The position numbers and the translations under genes are program-made. Positions 12,101 to 21,100 of a stretch of DNA of 64,000 nt are shown here, piece by piece. The stretch's first letter is position 1; each line of letters opens with the position of its first letter. The DNA is from Candidatus Poribacteria bacterium (GTDB lineage Bacteria > Poribacteria > WGA-4E > WGA-3G): the NCBI GenBank assembly GCA_963663765.2, contig CAXXUA010000005.1, positions 1,056,001 through 1,120,000 of the forward strand, written 5' to 3'. A model generated the notes under the pieces. It did no database searches and was not told where the DNA came from. It saw only the letters and a list, made by a program, of their open reading frames with translations.

Positions 12101-15100
12101 CGCTTGAGCTAAACAGTAACAACCTCACTGATATATCACCACTTGCAAGTTTGACCGCATTGACATGGCTCAGATTGGCCGATAACAGCATCATCGATTA
12201 CGGACCGCTCCGTAGACTCATAGCAGTCATTAAGGCAGCTGGTAGAAGTTTAAACCTTGATATTACAATTCCAAGCCTACTCGCTGGACACACGCCTGCT
12301 GTGCGTGATGCTATAGTTGCAGCGGTACCGGGCGTGAACAATGCAGCTGATGTGACCAAATCACATCTCGCAGCGATTACGAACCTGAATCTGCAAAGCA
12401 AGTCTATCACATCTCTAAAGTCAGGTGATTTTGCTGGACTCACCGCATTAGAAGAACTTCTTCTATATAGTAATCAGATAAGTTCATTACCTGAAGACAT
12501 TTTTGACGGACTGTCCGCACTGAGAACGCTTAATTTGTTTAATAACCGACTCAGTAGTCTCCCCGATGGACTTCTTGAAGGGCTTACATCACTGACAACG
12601 CTCCGTTTAAATGGTAACGCGGTTAATCCTATACCCCTTATCGTGACACTGAGAATGGTGGCGGAAGGACAATTCAAAGCAGTCGCCCCAAAGGGGGCAC
12701 CCTTTGATATTGTGGTACCGATCAGTGTTTCCAATGGTAGCCTAAGCGGCGGGGCAACGAGTGTCACCATCCCTACAGGCAGTGTGGAAAGCGATGTGAT
12801 TACCGTGACACGCACACCCGGTGTGACATTTGCGGTGAGTGTGGATATTGGAACGTTGCCGGGGATACCTACTGATCATTACGGTTATAGCCTTGTCAAA
12901 TCGGCAAATCTGCCTATAGAGCTTATCAGTGAGGTTATCCCCATTGTTCTCGTAGACAAGGGTGTCTGTAAGGTCGGTGACATTCTGACAATTGGTGAAA
13001 GCTGCACTTACCCGGACACAGATGCGGTTTTCTCTGTGATCGCTGATGGTAGGTCTCAATGGAACATTCCAGGATTACCGGATTGGCTTGCGACGTTTGT
13101 CAATAGAATATCTATTAATGATTCAATGAGTATCACTTCAACTGTCAACGGTAAGACCTACCGATTCGAGGCGAGAGCCGTTGAGAACGATTCTTGGCAG
13201 ATAGACCAGATCGGAGATAGAACGCGAGAATCAATAGCCTCAGGTATCAATATTCCTGATGCCAATTTGCGTACCAAAATAGAAGCTGCGCTGAGTAAAT
13301 CATCGGGTGACACAATTACCATTACAGAGATGGAAACGTTAACATCGCTCAATGGACAGGATTCCTCTATTAGTGATCTAACAGGTCTTGAGACGGCTAC
13401 AAACCTCACTACTTTGAAACTCGGTGACAATACTATTTCAGATATATCAGTACTCAGAAGCTTGACGAAACTAACAGAGTTGCAGCTATGGGATAACCGA
13501 ATCTCTAATCTATCCGATTTATCAGGATTGACAAATCTGACGAAGTTATACTTGTGGGGGAATAGTATTTCGGATATTTCACATTTATCCAGATTGACAA
13601 GTCTTACACATCTGCGCCTCGGTGAAAACAACATCTCAAATATATCAACTGTGTCAAACTTAACGAACCTAACGCAGCTATATCTGAATGAGAACACTAT
13701 AACAGATATTTCTGCGGTTGCAGGCTTAACGAACTTAACAGAACTCGTCATCGGCAGTAACACAATAGCAGATATAACAGCTGTTCAGAACCTAACGAAC
13801 CTTGAATGGTTAGATATGCCGAACAACGAAATATCCGATATATCCGCAGTTCAAAATCTAACGTCACTGGTAGAGTTATATTTTGCAAATAATGCTGTCT
13901 CCGATGTATCTCCGTTATTGTCAAACACGGGGTTTGACGCAAATACAGAGATTGATATTACCGGTAATCCATTAAGTTATCCATCAATCTATTCACACAT
14001 ACCCGCGCTGCAGGCGAAAAATGTATATGTAGACTTTGACAACCGAGTGGCGACCGTACCAGTGAAAATGTCGGGCGATACACAACAAGACAACACCAAT
14101 GCCACGCTTGCACAACCGTTTATTGTTGAAGTGAAAGATTCGAGTAGTGTCGTTTTTGCGGGAGTGCCTGTCACTTTTGCTATTACGGCAGGTGGTGGCA
14201 CACTCAGTGCAACAAACACCACAACCGATGTGAACGGTAGAGCACAAAGCACATTGACACTTGGCGATACCGCTGGCATAAATACCGTTAGCGTTAGTGT
14301 GCCGGGTGTCACGCAGACGATTACATTTACTGCGACCGCTACTTCACAACAAGTGACAGGCATTAACATCCCCGATGGCAAACTACGTGCTAAAATAGCA
14401 TCCGCACTCGGCAAAACATCCGGTGAACCAATAACTGCTACGGAGATGGCGACGTTAACATCGCTCAACGGACAAGATTCGTCAATCAGCGATTTGACAG
14501 GACTTGAGACCGCAACAAACCTGACAACACTCAAACTTGGAGACAACACAATATCTAACATCTCCGCAATATCCGGATTGACGAACCTCACGGAGTTGCA
14601 GTTATGGGATAACCGAATCTCTAATCTATCCGACTTATCAGGATTGACTAATCTGACAAAGTTATACTTGTGGGGGAATAGCATTTCTGACATATCTCAC
14701 TTATCAGGATTGACAAGCCTCACACATCTGCGTCTCGGTGAGAACAACATCTCAAATATATCTACTGTTTCAAACTTAACAAACCTAACGCAGCTGTATC
14801 TGAATGAGAACAGTATAACCGATATTTCAGCGGTAGCAGGATTAACAAACCTCACAGAACTACGAATCGGCGACAACACTATATCGGATATAACACCTGT
14901 TCAGAATCTAACAAACCTTGAATGGTTAGATATACCGAATAACAGCATTTCGGATATATCCGCAGTCCAAAATCTAACGTCACTGACAGAGTTGTATTTT
15001 GCAAATAATGCTGTCTCCGATCTATCTCCTTTAGTGTCAAACACGGGGTTTGACGCAAATACAGAGATTGATAGTACCGGTAATCCATTAAGTTATCCAT

Positions 15101-18100
15101 CAATTTATACACACATACCCGCGCTACAAGCGAAGGATGTGTATATTGACTTTGACAACCGAGTGGCGACCGTACCTGTGAAAATATCGGGCGATACACA
15201 ATCGGGGGAAACCGGTGCAACACTTACACAGCCATTTATCATTGAAGTGAAAGATTCGGGTAGTGTCGTTTTTGCGGGAGTGCCTGTAACGTTTGCTATT
15301 ACGGCAGGCGGTGGCACACTTAGTGCAACAAACACCACAACCGATATAAAAGGAAGAGCACAAACCACATTGACACTTGGAGATACCGATGGCACAAATA
15401 CCATTAGTGTCAGTGTGCCGGGTGTCACGCAGACGATTACATTTACTGCGACAGCAACCGCACCGGTAGTTGTTTACATTACCCCTGTTGGTGACCGAAC
15501 ATCACAAGTAGCACAAGCAATCCTCGGTGTCGTCCGTTTAGACTATCCGACCGTCTCCAACTACGCGGAGATTACTGCTACACACATTGCTTCACCAACA
15601 ACGTTATATCTGAATAACAAAAATATTACTATTCTGAAATCAGGTGATTTTGATGGACTTACCGGCTTAGAAGACCTCCGTCTTAATAATAATCAATTAA
15701 CTTCTCTACCTTCAGATATTTTTTCTGGACTAACCGCACTGATAAATCTCAATCTGTTTAACAACAAGTTGAGTAGCCTACCTGATGGCATATTTGAAGG
15801 ATTGACATCGCTGACAAAAATCCGGTTGGCACGCAATACAGTTGATCCACTTCCAGTTACCGTATCATTGGAAAAAGTTGCAGAAGGTCAATTCAAAGCG
15901 GTTGCACCCACGGGTGCCCCGTTTACTATTGTGTTGCCGATTAACGTTGCTAACGGAAGTATCACGGGGAGTGCAACAACGCTCACAATTCCGCAAGGTA
16001 GTTTGGAAAGCGATATCCTCAACGTAACACGCACCTCAGGTACAACGGCTAATGTTACCGTTGATATTGGAACGTTGCCGAGTCTACCGCGCAACCACTT
16101 CGGGTACACGCTTGCTAAATCTGATGACCTACCGTTGGCAGTTATCACAAGTGTCAACACTGCCCCTGTATTTACGGACGGCACATCTGTCACCCGCACC
16201 GTAGCAGAAAATACCGCTGCAGCCGTGAATATCGGCACACCGATCGCTGCTACGGATGCAAATAACGATACCTTGACTTACACACTCAGCGGTACGGATG
16301 CGAGTGCGTTTGATATTGATAGTACCACTGGACAACTGAAAACGAAGGCAACTCTTGACTATGAAACAAAGTCCACATATACGCTAACAATCACCGTTTC
16401 GGATGGCAGTCTCACGGATACAATCACGGTTACTATCAACATCACCGACATAGACGAAGCTGTAGTAGTTGATCCACCAACGACAAACGTCGCTCCTACA
16501 TTTACAGATGGTGAAAGCACGACACGCATTATATTAGAAAACACACCAGCAAACACAAACATCGGAAATCCTGTGAACGCAACGGACGAAAATAACGATA
16601 CGTTGACATACGCCGTCGGTGGTGTTGATGCCGCCTCGTTTGATATTGATAGCACAACAGGTCAGCTCAAAACAAAAGCATCGCTTGACTATGAAACCAA
16701 ACGCGTCTATTCAGTTACCATCACCGCCGCCGATGATGAACTTTCGGATGCGATCACAGTGATTATCAGCATCATTGACGTAAACGATACTGTTGTAAGT
16801 GTCGGATTTGTGCCGGTTGCGAATCGCACGTCACAGGTGCGAGATGCAATCGTTGCTGCCGTACTGAACGTGACAGATGCTGCATCTGTTACCGAATCAC
16901 AGGTCGCTGCTATTACAAGTCTCAATCTACGCAGTATGGGTATTTCATCGCTCAAAACAGGTGATTTCTCTGGGATGACAGCACTGACAACGCTAAATCT
17001 GTTTAGAAACCAACTCTCCGAACTGCCACCAGGGATATTTGATGGATTAACAGCATTGACAAATCTGCGATTAGGTGGCAACGTTGTTGACCCGCTTCCG
17101 ATTATCGTGTCACTACAAAGTGTCGGTTCAGGCGAGTTCAAGGCAGTGATTACGACAGGGGCACCGTTTAGTATGGTGTTGCCGATCACTGCCACGGACG
17201 GGAGTATTAGTGGCGGCATAACGAGTGTTACGATTCCACAAGGTAGTTCAGAAAGCGCGTCCTTTACGGTTATCGGCACTTCCGCTAAAGTGTCTTTCGG
17301 ATCTTTACCTGGATTGCCAAGTAATCATTTCGGTTATACGTTCGCACAATCCACTGTATGTAACCGCACAACTGAAGTGGCAGATGCTATCGCGAAAGCG
17401 ATAGGTGTTAGCGATTGCAGCGATGTGACAGAGGTTGACCTCGCTACGATTACACGACTTGACTTGTCAGGTGCATCCATTACAACCTTGCAGACTGGCG
17501 ACTTTGATGGTATGGTTTCTCTACAAACGCTCTACCTGGAGAACAACGAACTCACCAGTCTACCAAACGGCATTTTTAACGACTTGGTATCAATGACTTT
17601 CTTATCACTAAATGAAAACAAGCTGACGACTTTGCCAAGTGCTATCTTTAGCAAATTAACCTCACTAACACACCTTGATATATTTGATAACGATTTGAGT
17701 TCGTTACCGAACGGTGTTTTTACTGGATTGTCCGCCCTCAGTTCATTATCTCTGAAAGATAACGAACTGGTATACCTACCGGGCACTATATTCAGTGGAT
17801 TGTCATCTCTAACTTCACTTTCGTTATCAAACAACAAACTGACATCAATAACAGACGGGATTTTTGATGGTCTAACGCAGCTAAGTCAGCTCCATCTGAG
17901 TTTGAACCCAAATGCAAATACACTGTTGTCGTTAAGAGTATCGCTTCAGAAGGTAGGAACGAACAGTCTTAAAGCTGTTGTCCCCAGTGGGGCACCATTT
18001 ACGATGACAATCCCGGTCAAGATCACGAATGGCGTTTTAGAAGATGGGGCAACGACAATCACGATTCCGATAGGCACGGTTGAAAGCCAACCTTTGACAA

Positions 18101-21100
18101 TCACGCGCACGGCAGGTGCCGTCGCTGCTGTTACAGCGGATATCGGTACTGTATTACCGCGTCTACCCTCAAATCACAACGGATATGCTCTTGTCAGATC
18201 ACGCACCTTGCCGTTAGAAGTGCTGCCCTCGCTGAACTCACCACCAGTGTTCACAGAAGGCACAAGCACAACCCGCACAATCTCGGAGAATACAGCAACA
18301 GGCATAAATATCGGTGATGCTATTACCGCCACCGATGTTAATACAGCTGACACCCTGACATATACGTTGAGCGGGACGGATGCAGCAGCGTTTGATATTA
18401 ATAGCACAACTGGACAACTCACAACAAAGGTAGCTCTTGACTATGAAACTAAAAACGCTTATTCGGTTACGCTAACCGTTTCTGATAGTATTGCAACGGA
18501 TACGATTGGCGTTACAATCAATATCTCTAATGTCAACGAACCACCTGTATTTGCTACAGGCAGTCCAACAACGCATACTGTGGCAGAGAATACAGCGTCG
18601 GGTGAAAATATCGGCACAGCATACAGTGCTACCGATGTGGATGGCGACACGTTAACCTACACTCTCGGTGGGACCGATGCCAACGTCTTTAGTATTGAAA
18701 GAACCACTGGACAGTTGAAAACGCGTTCGGCACTCGACTACGAAACAAAACCCACCTATACCCTAACGATTACTGTCTCTGATGGTAGCCTCACCGATAC
18801 AATTACTGTCACTATCAACGTCACCGATGTGGACGATACCCCAACGTTAAACGTCTCAACTGCGGCACCGTTGACAGAAGCGACACTGCATGGCAGCGTT
18901 GTCACACTCACGCTCAGCAAGGGCATCTATCACACTAACTGGAATTATGTCAATAGGAATGTGGAGGTATCAGGTATTACTGGGGTAACAATTAGATCAC
19001 AGAGTTTGGATCGCGTCAGTGACACGAAGGCTACAGTTGAACTTGAGTTTAACGGCGACATCACCACCGATGGCACCCTGACTTTCACTGTGGGTGCAGG
19101 TGCCCTCGCCAACTACACGGGTTCTGCTCTTACCGCACAAATAAGCGTCAGCAGTATCACAGAACCTCCCACATCACTAAATGTCACAGCTGCTGCTCCT
19201 TTGACAGAGGCAACACTCAATGAGAGCGTTGTCACCCTCACGCTTAGTGGTGCTACTTATCACATCAACTGGAATTATGTCAATAGGAATGTGGCGGTAT
19301 CAGGTATTACCGGGGTAACAATTAGATCGCAGAGTTTGGACCGCGTCAGTGATACGAAGGCTACAGTTGAACTTGAGTTTAACGGCGACTTCGACACCGA
19401 TGGCACCCTGACCTTCACTGTGGGTGCAGCTGCACTCGCCAACTACACTGGTCCTGCTCTTACCGCACAAATAAGCGTCAGCAGTATCACAGAACCTCCC
19501 ACATCACTAAATGTCACAGCTGCTGCTCCTTTGACAGAGGCAACACTCAATGAGAGCGTTGTCACCCTCACGCTTAGTGGTGCTACTTATCACATCAACT
19601 GGAATTATGTCAATAGGAATGTGGCGGTATCAGGTATTACCGGGGTAACAATTAGATCGCAGAGTTTGGACCGCGTCAGTGATACGAAAGCCACAGTTGA
19701 ACTTGAGTTTAACGGCGACATCACCACCGATGGTATCCTGACCTTCACTGTGGGTGCAGCTGCACTCGCTAACTATAATGGTCCTGCTCTTACCGCACAA
19801 ATAAGCGTCAGCAGTATCACAGAATCTCCCACATCACTAACTACCTCCACGGCATCCCCGTTAACAGAGGCGACGTTACATGGGGGTATCATCACACTCA
19901 ACCTCAACGGTCTCACTTTTGATCACTCCAAATTCACAATCAGAGATGCAATAACACTATCCGGCATTTCTGACGTTACCGTAGACACGTTTGATGTGGA
20001 TCGGGTGAGTGATACGCAAGCCACCTTTGAACTGACATTTGATGGTAATATGACAAGTGACAGCATCCTGACCATCTCTTTGGGGGCAAATGCGATTAAT
20101 GACTATGATGGTGATGCTTTAACTTCACAAATGTCTGTCACTGCTGTTACGGAGTCAATAACCACATCAACCACATCACCATTGACAAAGGCAGCCTTAG
20201 ATGAGAGCGTTGTCACACTCACGCTCAGTGGTAGGAAATTTGAAGCATACAATTCAGTGATTAGACCAGCTGTGTCTGTCTCTGGCATATCAGGTGTTAC
20301 CGTTGGCACATACGACATAGATCGCAAAAGCGATACGGAAATCACCGTTGAATTGACGTTTGATGGAGACATCACCACAGACGGCACACTCACCTTTACC
20401 GTCGGTGCGAATGCGATCGTAGGTTACAATGGTCCCGCACTTACTGTGCAAGTCTCTGTGTCTGCTGGCACGGAAACACCCGTAGACCCTATAACACCTG
20501 TCCAACCGAGCACACCGACGTTGAGTATTTCAACGGCAAACCCACTCACAGAGGCAACATTGCATGGGGGTATCATCACATTCAACCTCAGCGGTGGCAC
20601 ATTTGAAAGGTCAATTTTCACAATCAAAGAGGCGATGACGCTTACTGGCATTTCTGGTGTTACCGTAGGCACATTCGGTGCGGATCGTGTCAGTGATACG
20701 CAAGTCACTGTTGAACTTGCATTTAATGGGAATATGACAACGGATAGCACACTCACAATTTCTGTAGGAGCAGGTGCGATTAAGGATTATGATGGTACTA
20801 CATTTACTGCACAAATACCAGTCACAGCCAACACTGAGTCCGTAGTCGCTTCAACCGCTGCGCCGTTGACAGAGACAACGTTAGATGAGAGCGTTGTCAC
20901 GCTCACACTCAGCGGTGCCAAATACGCCAGTTCTATTTTTGACATTAGAGGTGCGGTAACTGTCTCTGGCATATCAGGTGTAACATTCCCTTTCCACCAA
21001 CCAGACCGAGAAAGTGATACTAAAATTACGATTGAACTGGAATTTGATGGTGATATGACAAGTGATGGCACCCTCACCTTTACCGTCGGTGCGGGTGCTA

